This document shows, piece by piece, positions 18,577 to 28,238 of a stretch of 64,000 nucleotides of DNA. How positions within the stretch are numbered: position 1 is the first letter of the stretch; each line of letters begins with the position of its first letter. Source of the stretch: Vicinamibacteria bacterium (GTDB lineage: Bacteria > Acidobacteriota > Vicinamibacteria > Marinacidobacterales > Marinacidobacteraceae); the NCBI GenBank assembly GCA_963555995.3, contig OY821641.1, positions 1,312,001 to 1,376,000 of the forward strand, in the 5' to 3' direction. Below the pieces are notes generated by a model, which did no database searches, was not told the origin of the DNA, and saw only the letters and a list, made by a program, of their open reading frames with translations. The position numbers and the translations under genes were made by a program.

Positions 18577-19388
18577 GCGATCACCCGGGCGTTCGCCTCC
18601 TCGAGCGTCGGGATTCCCTCCGTTCCCGGGGATTCGACGCTGATCGCCGCCGCCGCGGCGGCGAGCCGGGCGGCGTCTTCGGCCGGTGCACCGTTCCATA
18701 GCCCCATGAAGAGGGCGGCGGCAAATACGTCCCCCGCGCCGGTGGGGTCCACTTCGGCGCCCGGCACGGCGGGAATCCCGGTAGCCGGGAAACCCGAACG
18801 GCGGAGCACCGCGCCGTGGCGGCCGCGGGTCACCGCGACGAGGGGAACGGGGAACTCCGCACCTTCCGGGAATTCGGCCTCGGACAGCGACAGGAAGTCG
18901 AGGCCGGCGAGTCTTTCGAGCGCCGCGGCCGACCAATGGATCGAAACCCGCCCCGCGGCGTCCCAGCGCCGGATCAGGCCCTGGGGCGCCGCGCCCGCGA
19001 GACCGCCCCGGCCCCGCGGCCGGGGCAGCGCGCCACTGCCTCCGAGTTCATCGGCGACCGGGGCGTAGAGCACCGCGGATCCGCGAGGAAGCTCGGCCAC
19101 GGTCCGGTGGATTTCCGACTCCGGAATCGTCGCGGCGCGACTCAGGACGGTCTGCTCCCGCGACCCGTCCGTCCGGTAGCGGTTTCGGAACCGGGTGCGA
19201 TTCCGCGAGCGCACCTGGCGCACCGGGATCCCGGCCAGCGCCTCGAGATACGGAAACGCGCCGTCCACCGCGGTGAGGATGGTGACCGGCGCACCGAACC
19301 GGGAGACCAGCAGGCCCGCGTAGGCGGCGGCGCCTCCGAGGCGCGGGCCTTCGGGCGTCACATCTTCGGTCAGGTGTCCGACGACCAG
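18573..19388 (-). CDS. PfkB family carbohydrate kinase
   Basis: VVGHLTED, LGGAAAYAG, VTRGRHGA, VDPTGAGDVF; no canonical start near the N-terminus, so 19388 (CTG) is tentative. Confidence 0.8.
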   Translation of the reverse strand: MVVGHLTEDVTPEGPRLGGAAAYAGLLVSRFGAPVTILTAVDGAFPYLEALAGIPVRQVRSRNRTRFRNRYRTDGSREQTVLSRAATIPESEIHRTVAELPRGSAVLYAPVADELGGSGALPRPRGRGGLAGAAPQGLIRRWDAAGRVSIHWSAAALERLAGLDFLSLSEAEFPEGAEFPVPLVAVTRGRHGAVLRRSGFPATGIPAVPGAEVDPTGAGDVFAAALFMGLWNGAPAEDAARLAAAAAAISVESPGTEGIPTLEEANARVIA

Positions 19389-19481
19389 GACCCGGGGCCG
19401 GCCCCGCCTAGAATCCGGGTCCGGTCCGTCCCTCCCGCGCGCCGGCGCCCATCCGGTCTTCCCGGCGGCGGGCCGTTCCCC

Positions 19482-20057
19482 ATGCTCGTCTGGACTTCGC
19501 TCATCGCTCGCGACAAGCGGCGTTCGCTGCTCTCGCTCTCCGGCACCGTCCTGGGTGCGCTGTTCTTCGTCCACCTCGGGAATTTCTACGGGTGGACGCT
19601 GCCGTGGCTGATCGGTGGCGTCGTGGTGGCCCTGTTCCTCATTCGCTCGGCGGGCGCGACCGCCTGGTTCCTCAGCCGGCACCCCTTCTCGGTCTGTGAT
19701 CTTGGTCTCAGCGAGGCCGCGGTGCCGGGAGGAGTGATCCACTGCGCCGTCCGCATCGTGACAAGGCGGCCGGTCGAGATCAAGGAGGCCCGGATCACGT
19801 TGACCGCCGAGCGGCGTGACGCCGACGGGACGAGCCGAAAGGTGTTCTCGCAGGATCACGAACTCTGCCGGAGCGAGTCCGTTCCGGGCGAGGGCCGCTG
19901 GGAGACAGCGTCGCAAATCCCGGTTCCCGAGGACGCCCGGTTCTCCTATCGCTCCTTCGAGGGTCGCTTCCGCTGGTTGGTGCGCGCCCGGATCGAAACG
20001 CGCGACGACACCCTCGCCGAGGAGGAAATCGAGGTTCTCATCGCTCCGGCGGACTGA
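19482..20057 (+). CDS. Hypothetical membrane protein (2 TM plus arrestin/SpoOM-like beta domain)
   Basis: Two hydrophobic segments then IPVPEDARFSY..FRWLVRARI; TAGAAT upstream at 19409. Confidence 0.6.
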   Translation: MLVWTSLIARDKRRSLLSLSGTVLGALFFVHLGNFYGWTLPWLIGGVVVALFLIRSAGATAWFLSRHPFSVCDLGLSEAAVPGGVIHCAVRIVTRRPVEIKEARITLTAERRDADGTSRKVFSQDHELCRSESVPGEGRWETASQIPVPEDARFSYRSFEGRFRWLVRARIETRDDTLAEEEIEVLIAPAD

Positions 20058-20084
20058 CGGCGTCCGCAGAGCGCCGGCGTCGGA

Positions 20085-20735
20085 TCAGAACCGCGCCTCC
20101 ATCACGAGGGCCTGGTAGCCGCGGCCCTTCAGCGCCCGGGCGGTCCGTTCGGCGTCCGCGCGCCGCTGGAAACGCCCGACCCGGACCCGGTGCACCCCGT
20201 CGCCACGCGTGATCTCGACCCCGGAGTAGCCGCCGGCGCGGAGTTCGCGGGAGAGTTCCTCGGCCGCGCCGCGCCGGCCGAAGGCAGCGACCTGGACGGT
20301 GAACGGAGTTCGAGTCGGGACGCGCTCCACCGTGAGCCGGACCCGCGCCACTCCCTGCCGGACGATGCCGAGTCGCCGCGCGGCCTCGTGGGACAGGTCA
20401 ATCACCCGCGCGCCGACGAAAGGGCCCCGGTCGTTGATGCGTACCCGGACCGCGGCGCCGGTCGCCAGGTTCGTGACCTCCACGATCGTGCCGAACGGCA
20501 GGGTGCGGTGGGCGGCGGTCAGCGCACCGGGGTCCATGGGTTCCCCGTTCGCCGTCGGGCGGCCCCGTTCCTCGATGCCGTACCAGGACGCCTCGCCGAC
20601 CGTGGTGAGGTCGGGAGGAGTCGCCGCCGGCCGGGTGGCGCCGGCGCAGCCGCCCGCGAGCAGCGCGAGGACCGCCAGGGATCGCGCGGGCGAGCGGCGG
20701 GGCCGTGACGGCAGGATCGAATCCGAAAGCCTCAT
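20085..20735 (-). CDS. rlpA: Septal ring lytic transglycosylase RlpA (DPBB plus SPOR), lipoprotein
   Basis: LAGGC lipobox-like; [31 protein letters not shown]; SPOR VQVAAF. Confidence 0.92.
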   Translation of the reverse strand: MRLSDSILPSRPRRSPARSLAVLALLAGGCAGATRPAATPPDLTTVGEASWYGIEERGRPTANGEPMDPGALTAAHRTLPFGTIVEVTNLATGAAVRVRINDRGPFVGARVIDLSHEAARRLGIVRQGVARVRLTVERVPTRTPFTVQVAAFGRRGAAEELSRELRAGGYSGVEITRGDGVHRVRVGRFQRRADAERTARALKGRGYQALVMEARF

Positions 20736-21295
20736 TGCTTGTACCTCCGGGAGTCGGGACTCGCACCCCTCGGGATGGACAGCGACCGCCACGCGGGGGC
20801 GAAGGCCTTGGCCAGCAGGACGATCTGGCCGGTGTGGTAGGCAAGATGGACGACCTGCCGTTCGATGGCCTCCTGGACCAGGAACTCCTCTCCCCGGATC
20901 CGGACCGCGCGTCCGAGGTCGGCGGGGACGAGTGCGGCGAGGTTCGCTTCGAGCAGCGCGAACGCTTCCCGCCACTCGGCCAGCAACTCCTCCCGCGAGA
21001 GGTGGTCGCAGGGGTCGAACTCCGCTTCGCGGTTCCGGTCCGGCTTCTCCCCGTCCGTGGTGAGGAGCTCCGTCCAGCGCGACCGGATGTTCCCGGCCAG
21101 GTGCCGCATCAGGATCGCGATCGAGTTGGCGCCTTCCGACAAACGGTGGTGGAGCGCCGCCTGATCGGGCGCCTGCGCGATGGCCGCTTCGGCCAGGCGC
21201 CGCAGCCGTCCGAACTCGAAGCGGGCGGTCTCCAGGTACACCCGTCCCGCCGGCGGGCGACCTTCCGGGGCGAGGGCGGACAGTCGGGCGTTCAT
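20732..21295 (-). CDS. DinB/DUF1572 family protein
   Basis: [35 protein letters not shown]; [10 protein letters not shown]. Confidence 0.88.
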   Translation of the reverse strand: MNARLSALAPEGRPPAGRVYLETARFEFGRLRRLAEAAIAQAPDQAALHHRLSEGANSIAILMRHLAGNIRSRWTELLTTDGEKPDRNREAEFDPCDHLSREELLAEWREAFALLEANLAALVPADLGRAVRIRGEEFLVQEAIERQVVHLAYHTGQIVLLAKAFAPAWRSLSIPRGASPDSRRYKQ

Positions 21296-21434
21296 GGGGA
21301 CGGGCCGGCGCCGGGTCCATGGTCACGAACCTTCATGCGATACTTGAAGCGCAATGTAGCAAATCCGGTTGATCGTTGCCATTCAAGGCCACGGCAGCCA
21401 TCGCCGGAGAGCCGGGCCGAGCGGAGCGTTCGGG

Positions 21435-21440
21435 TAGCAT
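21435..21440 (+). promoter_or_regulatory. Putative -10 box of a leaderless transcript
   Basis: TAGCAT, then 7 nt, then ATG at 21448; no SD. Confidence 0.45.
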
Positions 21441-21447
21441 TTCCCTC

Positions 21448-22647
21448 ATGGAACCTGTTCCCCCGCTGTCGCGACGGCGGTTTCTCGGCGCCGTTCCCGT
21501 TGCCGCCGGCGCGAGCGCGCTGGCTCTCGAGCGCGCCGCCGGGCAGGGCGGGGGCGCCGTCTTCGGGAAGAGCGGCCTGCGGATCCTGAGCGAGCGGCCG
21601 GTGAACGCCGAGACCCTGGTCGCCGACCTCGATCCCCGCCACACGCCCAACGACAAGCACTTCGTTCGAAACAACGGCGGCGTGCCGGAGCGGGCGCTCT
21701 CCGGAAGCCTCGACGGCTGGTCCCTCCGCATCGACGGCGAGGTGGGCAATGTCCTGAATCTCTCGCTTGACGATCTCAAGTCGCGCTTCGAGAACGTGAG
21801 CCGGGCTCTCGTGCTCGAATGCGCGGGAAACGGCAGGGCGGCCTTCCAGCCGGGGGCGTCGGGCAACCAGTGGTGGCTCGGCGCGGTCGGCTGCGCGCGC
21901 TACACGGGCGTCCGCCTTGGCGACGTGCTGGATGCGGCCGGTGTGCTCGACACCGCCGTCTACGTCGCCTACTACGGCGAGGATCCCCACCTGAGCGGGA
22001 ATCCCGAAGAAGTCCCGATCTCCCGGGGCGTCCCGCTCTCCAAGGCCATGGACGAGTCCACCCTGCTCGCCTGGGAAATGAACGGCGAACCCCTGCCTCC
22101 GCACCACGGCTTCCCGCTCCGGGTGGTCGCCCCGGGCTTTCCCGCCTCGGCGAGCGGGAAGTGGCTGCGCCGCCTCTGGGTCCGGGACCGGGTCCACGAC
22201 GGCGCCAAGATGATGGGCTACTCCTACCGGGTGCCGCGGTACCCGGTCGCGCCCGGAACCGACGTGCCCGAGGAGGACATGGAGATCATCGGTCCCATGC
22301 CGGTGAAGTCCATCATCACCCGTCCCGAGACGGGCGTCCGCCACGCCGGCGGCGGGCCGCTCGCGATCCGGGGTTGGGCGTGGGCCGGTGACGGGCCGGT
22401 GAGCGCGGTGCACCTGAGCGCCGACTTCGGGACCACCTGGCTCCCGTGTCAGCTCGAGGAACCCGAGAACCCGTTCGCGTGGCAGCGGTTCGAGGGAACC
22501 ATCGCCTTCGACATTCCCGGCCACTACGAACTCTGGGCGCGCGCGACGGACCACCAGGGACGCCAGCAGCCCATGGTCGTGCCCGGCTGGAACCCGCGCG
22601 GCTACCTGAACAACGCGATGCACCGGATCGCGGTCACGGTGCTGTGA
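21448..22647 (+). CDS. Sulfite oxidase family molybdoenzyme (SorA/SorT-like), Tat-exported
   Basis: SRRRFLG twin-arginine; HFVRNN, LECAGNGR Mo-Cys, HGFPLR, SGKWL, WNPRGYLNN. Confidence 0.9.
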   Translation: MEPVPPLSRRRFLGAVPVAAGASALALERAAGQGGGAVFGKSGLRILSERPVNAETLVADLDPRHTPNDKHFVRNNGGVPERALSGSLDGWSLRIDGEVGNVLNLSLDDLKSRFENVSRALVLECAGNGRAAFQPGASGNQWWLGAVGCARYTGVRLGDVLDAAGVLDTAVYVAYYGEDPHLSGNPEEVPISRGVPLSKAMDESTLLAWEMNGEPLPPHHGFPLRVVAPGFPASASGKWLRRLWVRDRVHDGAKMMGYSYRVPRYPVAPGTDVPEEDMEIIGPMPVKSIITRPETGVRHAGGGPLAIRGWAWAGDGPVSAVHLSADFGTTWLPCQLEEPENPFAWQRFEGTIAFDIPGHYELWARATDHQGRQQPMVVPGWNPRGYLNNAMHRIAVTVL

Positions 22648-22648
22648 G

Positions 22649-23053
22649 ATGAAACCTCTGCACCTCTTCCTTGTTGTCGCGCTGCTCCCGGCGGCCGCAT
22701 CCGCGGGCTCGGAGGAACGCCGCGTCCCGGCGCTTGCCTCCGGGCAGGAGAGCGACGGCCGGGCTCTCATTGACGAGAACTGCCTCTACTGCCACGACGA
22801 CAGCTACATCAGGGCGCTGAACCTCCCCCGTGAAGAGTGGGAAGGGGTGCTCGACATGATGATCGGGATGGGCATGCCGCCGCTCGATCCGGAAGTGCAG
22901 GAGCAGATCCTCGACTACCTCGAGGAAGAGCACGGCCCCCGGGAGAGCTCCCCGTCGCCCGGAGCCGGGGCGTCCGCGGACGCGGAGACGGAGGTCCTCC
23001 CCTGGGCGTTTCCACGCTACCGCCCCAACCCGCTCTACTGGCGGGAGCGTTAG
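22649..23053 (+). CDS. Monoheme cytochrome c (SorB-like partner)
   Basis: Signal peptide; CLYCH; 1 nt after the sulfite oxidase stop. Confidence 0.8.
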   Translation: MKPLHLFLVVALLPAAASAGSEERRVPALASGQESDGRALIDENCLYCHDDSYIRALNLPREEWEGVLDMMIGMGMPPLDPEVQEQILDYLEEEHGPRESSPSPGAGASADAETEVLPWAFPRYRPNPLYWRER

Positions 23054-23054
23054 C

Positions 23055-23077
23055 GGAGCGCCGGCCTCCGGCCGGCA
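23055..23077 (+). repeat. REP-like palindrome
   Basis: ggagcgccggcctccggccggca, same architecture as the other copies. Confidence 0.65.
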
Positions 23078-23115
23078 TCGCCGACCGCAGGGAGGCGAAA
23101 CCGCAACCCTCGGGT

Positions 23116-23149
23116 GGGACCAGCGAGCCTTCGGGCTCCCCGCGGTCCC
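23116..23149. terminator. Stable hairpin between convergent genes
   Basis: gggacc..gagcc-TTCG-ggctc..ggtccc with a C(UUCG)G tetraloop. Confidence 0.45.
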
Positions 23150-23150
23150 G

Positions 23151-23729
23151 CTACCTCAGCGGGATGTCCGTGAACTCGTGCTCGTAGATCGCCTCGCGGA
23201 TCTCTTCGGGACTCGCGCCGTCGTCGTGCATTTCCTTGGCCAGGAGGACCTCCTGGAGACAGGTGCTTCAAGTGGCGGCGTGGTTGTCCACGTAGCAGTC
23301 GAGCAGGCTCCCGTGATCTTCGGACGCGCCGTGACAGCCGCACAGACACGGCAACTGGACGAGCACCTCGGGGATTTCCTTGGCGATGGCGTAGGTCGTC
23401 TGCAGCGTCTCGTTCTCGTAGGTGTTCGGCGGAAGCGTCACCGGGAAGGGACGCGCCTCCTCCACCGAGTCGTAGTAGGGGAACGGCTTGGCCGCCTGGT
23501 TTCCCAGGTCGTACGCGGCGGCGGACAGGTCCGAAGCCGGCTGCAGGCCGCTCTCCACCGTCGAGTCCTCGAAGGCGGCGACGAAGAAGACGGCGGCGCC
23601 CGCCACCAACAGGCCGATCGCGAGGACCGGTGCGGCGCCCCACCCCTTCCGGGTGGCGGCGGGCTTGGCGGTGGTCGCTGGAGCCGCGGGTTTCCCGGCT
23701 CGGGAAGGTGGTGTTCGGCGCTTCTTCAT
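23151..23729 (-). CDS. PCYCGC-motif family membrane protein, probable selenoprotein (Sec at TGA 23270-23268, UxxC motif)
   Basis: LPCLCGC..HGSLLDCY..DNHAAT-TGA-STCLQE; frame continues 38 sense codons to TAG (KEMHDDGASPEEIREAIY), matching the family C-terminus. Confidence 0.8.
23240..23256 (-). promoter_or_regulatory. Bacterial SECIS-like hairpin
   Basis: Minus strand CCAGGAG-GUC-CUCCUGG: perfect 7-bp stem with GU in the loop, starting 11 nt after the UGA. Confidence 0.7.
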
Positions 23730-23939
23730 AACGAGGCCATATCTTAACGGCCGGTGGCAAAACCCACGCGGCGTTCGACGGGCGATGCATCCCGCCGGAA
23801 CCGCGCCTCTGCGAGGCGCTCATCGTTGCGTTTCGGTCGGAATACACTCGGTATTCCGCCCTCACGCGCCTTGTCAGCCGGGCGCCTCACCCGTCTCGGC
23901 GCTCACGTGGGTTTCACCACCGGCCGTTAACCCCTCCCC

Positions 23940-26024
23940 ATGCCCCGCCGACTCTGGCTCTCCGGCGCCGCGGTCTTCCTCGCGGCGATGCTCCTGTTCG
24001 TGGTGCAGCCGCTCGCCGCGCGCAGCCTGCTCCCTTGGTACGGCGGGGCTCCGATGGTGTGGGCGGTCGCGCTCTTCTTCTTCCAGGCGGTGCTGCTCGG
24101 GGGATACCTCTACGCGCACCTGCTGGTGACGCGTCTTGCCCCGCGGGTCCAGTTGGCGGTCCACGGCGCTCTCCTCGCCCTCGCCGCGCTGGCCAGCCTG
24201 CCGCCGCTCCCCGCCTCCGGCTGGGCGCCGCGGGGCGGGGAAGCGCCCGCCGGGTGGATCCTCCTCACGCTCCTGGTCACGCTGGGACCCGCCTTCTTCG
24301 CGCTGGCGGCCACCACGCCGTTGGTGTCGGCCTGGGTGGCCCGCGCGCGACCTTCGGCGGCCGGCGACCCGGGAGCGACCGGCGTCTATCGGCTCTATGC
24401 CCTCTCGAACGCCGGTTCGCTGATCGGCCTCGCGCTCTATCCGCTGCTGCTCGAGCCCCTCCTCGGGCTGGGCGGCCAGGGACGGCTATGGGCGGCCGGG
24501 TTCGTGGCGTTCGCCGTGCTCACTTTCCTGGCGGGCGCCCTTTCCGTGCGGGTCTCCGCCGGGGGTGCGGACCGCGCCGCGCCGCCCGTCCGCGCCGGAC
24601 TCGGTGACTTCCACGGTTCGGCGTTCCTGCTGGCCGCGGTCGGCTCGCTGGCGCTGGTGGCGGTCACGACCCATCTCACCCGCGACGTGGCGGCGGTTCC
24701 GTTCCTGTGGATCGCGCCCCTCGCCCTCTACCTGCTCACGTTCATCCTCGCGTTCCGGGGCGGCGATCCGTATCCGAGGCGGCTCCTCGCGCCGCTGCTG
24801 CTCGTTTCGGTGGCGGCGTGCTTCTACGTCTGGTTCCAGGACATCACCTACGGCCTCGACCGCGCCCTGCTCGCCCACGCGGTGGCCGCGCTCGGGTTCC
24901 TGTTCACCGGCTGCTGGGTGATCCATGGGGAGATCGCCCGGCGGAAGCCCGCCCCGTCCCGTCTCACCGGCTTCTACCTGTCCATGACGGCGGGAGGCGC
25001 GCTCGGGGGGCTCCTCGCGTCCATCGGCAGTCCGCTGCTCTTTCCGAACGTCTGGGAGTACCCGCTCGCGCTGGTGCTCGCCGTGATGGTCGCCTTTCGC
25101 GTCGCCACGCCGCCCCGGGACGCCTTCCGGTCGCTCGCCCGGAAGGCCGTCCCCGCGGCCACCCTCGGGGTCGCCATCGCCATCAGTGCGCTCGAACACC
25201 GGCGCCCGCTGATCGCGACCCGGAACTTCTTCGGCGTCGTGCGCGTCATGGAGGCCTACCCGGGCACCCCGGACTGGCGTCGCGACATGTGGCACGGCGG
25301 GATCGCGCATGGCTCGCAGTGGTTCGCTCCCGGACGCCGCCGCGAGCCCACCCTCTACTACTACGAGGGGACGGGCATCGAGGCGGTGCTGAACCGCCAC
25401 CCCAACCGGCGGCTGGTACGGCCCCTCCGGGTCGCCGTCGTCGGGCTCGGGACCGGGTCCATCGTCGTCCACGGGCGGCGGGGGGACCTGTTCCGGTTCT
25501 ACGAGCTCGACCCCCAGGTGGCGCAGGCGGCGCGCGACTACTTCACCTTCCTCGCCGACGCGCCGGCGGAGGTGGAGGTCGTGCTCGGTGACGGCCGGCT
25601 GAGCCTGCTCCGGGAGGAAAGCGCCGGGGAGGAGAGCTTCGACGTGATCGTGCTCGACGCCTTCGCCGGCGACGCGATCCCGGTCCACCTGCTCACCGCC
25701 GAGGCGTTCGATCTCTACCGGAAGCGGCTGGCCCCGGGCGGCACGATCGCGGTCCACATCTCGAATCGCCACGTGGACCTCGCCCCGGTGATCCGCGCCC
25801 AGGGCCTCCGCCTCGACCTGCTGTCGCTGCTCACGGTGAGCGATCCGGACCCCGACCGCTTCCACTACACGGCGACCTGGGTGGTGCTCAGCCTGAACAC
25901 CGACCTCATCACCGACCCGAGCCTGCTTGGGAGGGCGGAGCCGTGGACGGGAGAAGCCGCCGATCCCGGCGACCGGTTCCTGTGGACCGACGACCACTCC
26001 AACCTGCTGGACGTGCTGCGCTGA
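23940..26024 (+). CDS. Fused MFS-like membrane domain / spermidine synthase-like methyltransferase
   Basis: LLPWYGG..VW, YRLYALSNAGS, VVGLGTG, FYELDP, LGDGRL, DAFAGDAIPVHLLT, WTDDHSN. Confidence 0.9.
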   Translation: MPRRLWLSGAAVFLAAMLLFVVQPLAARSLLPWYGGAPMVWAVALFFFQAVLLGGYLYAHLLVTRLAPRVQLAVHGALLALAALASLPPLPASGWAPRGGEAPAGWILLTLLVTLGPAFFALAATTPLVSAWVARARPSAAGDPGATGVYRLYALSNAGSLIGLALYPLLLEPLLGLGGQGRLWAAGFVAFAVLTFLAGALSVRVSAGGADRAAPPVRAGLGDFHGSAFLLAAVGSLALVAVTTHLTRDVAAVPFLWIAPLALYLLTFILAFRGGDPYPRRLLAPLLLVSVAACFYVWFQDITYGLDRALLAHAVAALGFLFTGCWVIHGEIARRKPAPSRLTGFYLSMTAGGALGGLLASIGSPLLFPNVWEYPLALVLAVMVAFRVATPPRDAFRSLARKAVPAATLGVAIAISALEHRRPLIATRNFFGVVRVMEAYPGTPDWRRDMWHGGIAHGSQWFAPGRRREPTLYYYEGTGIEAVLNRHPNRRLVRPLRVAVVGLGTGSIVVHGRRGDLFRFYELDPQVAQAARDYFTFLADAPAEVEVVLGDGRLSLLREESAGEESFDVIVLDAFAGDAIPVHLLTAEAFDLYRKRLAPGGTIAVHISNRHVDLAPVIRAQGLRLDLLSLLTVSDPDPDRFHYTATWVVLSLNTDLITDPSLLGRAEPWTGEAADPGDRFLWTDDHSNLLDVLR

Positions 26025-26104
26025 CCGACGGAACCCTCGACCTGCCGACAACGTTGGCCAAAACGCTTACGATTCCCGGTTCTCAAGATCATGGGAGGTT
26101 CCCG

Positions 26105-28177
26105 ATGACCCGAATGAGCCCTCGTTGCGCGCGCGCGAAACGCCCGTTCCGGATCGCCGGAATTCTGGCGGCCGCGTTGCTGTTCACCGTGCCGCTCGCG
26201 GCCCAGAACCGCGACATGCCGGAAGGCGAATGGCGCTACCAGAGCGGGGACGCCTGGGGCACCCGCTCCTCGCCGCTCAACGACGTCAACGCGGACAACT
26301 TCGGCGACCTGGAGGTCGCCTGGATGTGGCGGGGCGACAACTACGGGCCGAAACCGAGCTACCTCTCGAAGTCCACCCCGAGCTACATCAACGGCAGGCT
26401 CTACACGGTAGTGGGTTACCGCCGGTCGGTGGTGTCCATGGACCCCGCCACGGGGGAGACGCTTTGGACCTACGCGGAGCCGGACACGCGGCGTTTCGAG
26501 GAATCCATGCGCTCGAGCTACGGCAAGGGCGTCGCCTACGCCGAGATTGACGGACGGCTGGTCATCTACGTGGTCTCCCCGGCGTTCTTCCTGCACGCGT
26601 TCGACGGCGAGACCGGGGAGCACATCGAGGGCTTCGGCGCGCCGGTGGACATCCCCGGTTTCCCGAAGACCGGCGTCGTGGACCTCCTCGCCCACTTCGG
26701 CTACAACTACGACCCCTACGAGGGGCTGGCTCCCACCGTGGGGTACATCACGAACTCCTCGCCCCCGATCGTGGTGAACGGGACCATCGTGGTGGGGAAC
26801 TCCGCCGCGCAGGGATACCACCAGACCCGCATCGAGAACGTTCCCGGCGACATCCTGGCGTTCGACGCGCGCACCGGCGACTTCAAGTGGAAGTTCAACG
26901 TGACCCCGCGCTCCGAGGACGACTTCGCCGCCAGCACCTGGGAGAACGACGCCTGGAAGTGGACCGGCGACGTCTCCTCGTGGGCGCCGCTGTCGGCCGA
27001 CCTCGAGCGGGACATCGTGTACATCCCCACCAACGCGCCGACGATTGACTTCTACGGCGGGTTCCGGCCGGGAGACAACCTGTTCGGGACCAGCGTGATC
27101 GCGCTCAACGCCCAGACCGGCGAGCGGGTCTGGCACTTCCAGACCACCCACCACCCGATCTGGAACCACGACCTCCCGAACGTCCCGATCCTGGTGGACG
27201 TGGAGGTGGACGGCGAGAAGGTGCCGATGGCCATCCAGACCACCAAGCAGGGCTACACCTTCGCGTTCAACCGGGAGACCGGCGAGCCGGTGTGGCCCAT
27301 CGAGGAGGTCGAGGTCCCGCAGTCCATCGTCCCCGGCGAGAAGCTGTCGCCCACCCAGCCGGTCCCGACGAGGCCCGCGCCGGTCGAGATGCTCGACCTC
27401 AGCGAGGACAACCTGATTGATTACACCCCGGAACTCAGGCAGAAGGCCATCGAGATCGTCTCCGAATACACGGTGGGCGGCCCCTACATGCCTCCGATCC
27501 CCAGGGGATACGACGAGAACAAGGGGTGGATCGCCTGCGGCGTCCACTCCGCGGTCAACATCACCCACCCGGCGGCCCTCGACCCCGGGACCGGGATCCT
27601 CTACCAGTCTTCGGGTCCGAACTGCTCGGGCCGCATCGTGCAGCCGGGGGTGGACGCCGACCAGCCCGAGCACGACTGCACCTCGCCGCGCGGCAAGTGC
27701 GTCACCATCGGCGAGACCGTCGCCGACTGGGTCAACTACCGGGCGATCGGAATCCCCGGCCCGGACGGGCTGCCCATCTACAAGCCGCCCTACAGCCGGG
27801 TGACCGCGATCGACATGAACACCGGGGAGCACCTGTGGTGGGTTCCCATCGGCGAGCCTAACGACCGGATCAAGAACCATCCGGCCCTCGAGGGCGTGGA
27901 CCTGTCGAACGTCGGCGGCCAGGGACGGGCGATCCTGATGGTGAGCGGCGACCTCCTCCTCACCACCGAGGGGATGGCCGGTCCGCCGGTCCTGAACGCC
28001 CACGACAAGCTGACCGGCGAGAAGGTCGGCAGCATCCCGCTTCCGGCGATCGGGATGTACGGCATGATGACCTACCGGCACGAGGGACGGCAGTACATCC
28101 TGGTCCAGACGGGCCAGCGGGGCCGGGTGCCGGAGTCCTACGTGGCGCTCGCGCTGCCGGAGGCGGACGGAAACTGA
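26105..28177 (+). CDS. Secreted PQQ-dependent dehydrogenase (quinoprotein glucose dehydrogenase-like)
   Basis: GGAGGT RBS; signal peptide; repeated TGExxW propeller motifs; WHFQTTHHPIWNHD, KPPYSRVTAIDMNTGE. Confidence 0.85.
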   Translation: MTRMSPRCARAKRPFRIAGILAAALLFTVPLAAQNRDMPEGEWRYQSGDAWGTRSSPLNDVNADNFGDLEVAWMWRGDNYGPKPSYLSKSTPSYINGRLYTVVGYRRSVVSMDPATGETLWTYAEPDTRRFEESMRSSYGKGVAYAEIDGRLVIYVVSPAFFLHAFDGETGEHIEGFGAPVDIPGFPKTGVVDLLAHFGYNYDPYEGLAPTVGYITNSSPPIVVNGTIVVGNSAAQGYHQTRIENVPGDILAFDARTGDFKWKFNVTPRSEDDFAASTWENDAWKWTGDVSSWAPLSADLERDIVYIPTNAPTIDFYGGFRPGDNLFGTSVIALNAQTGERVWHFQTTHHPIWNHDLPNVPILVDVEVDGEKVPMAIQTTKQGYTFAFNRETGEPVWPIEEVEVPQSIVPGEKLSPTQPVPTRPAPVEMLDLSEDNLIDYTPELRQKAIEIVSEYTVGGPYMPPIPRGYDENKGWIACGVHSAVNITHPAALDPGTGILYQSSGPNCSGRIVQPGVDADQPEHDCTSPRGKCVTIGETVADWVNYRAIGIPGPDGLPIYKPPYSRVTAIDMNTGEHLWWVPIGEPNDRIKNHPALEGVDLSNVGGQGRAILMVSGDLLLTTEGMAGPPVLNAHDKLTGEKVGSIPLPAIGMYGMMTYRHEGRQYILVQTGQRGRVPESYVALALPEADGN

Positions 28178-28238
28178 CCCTTCGCGGCGAACCGGGAGCG
28201 GACGCGCCTGCCGCTCCCGGGACCACCCTCGCCGGAAC

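Noticed and set aside
23268-23729. Treating the 153 aa ORF as a complete protein or a simple pseudogene
   Set aside because: The TGA sits at a conserved Cys position, the downstream frame is intact and a SECIS-like hairpin follows
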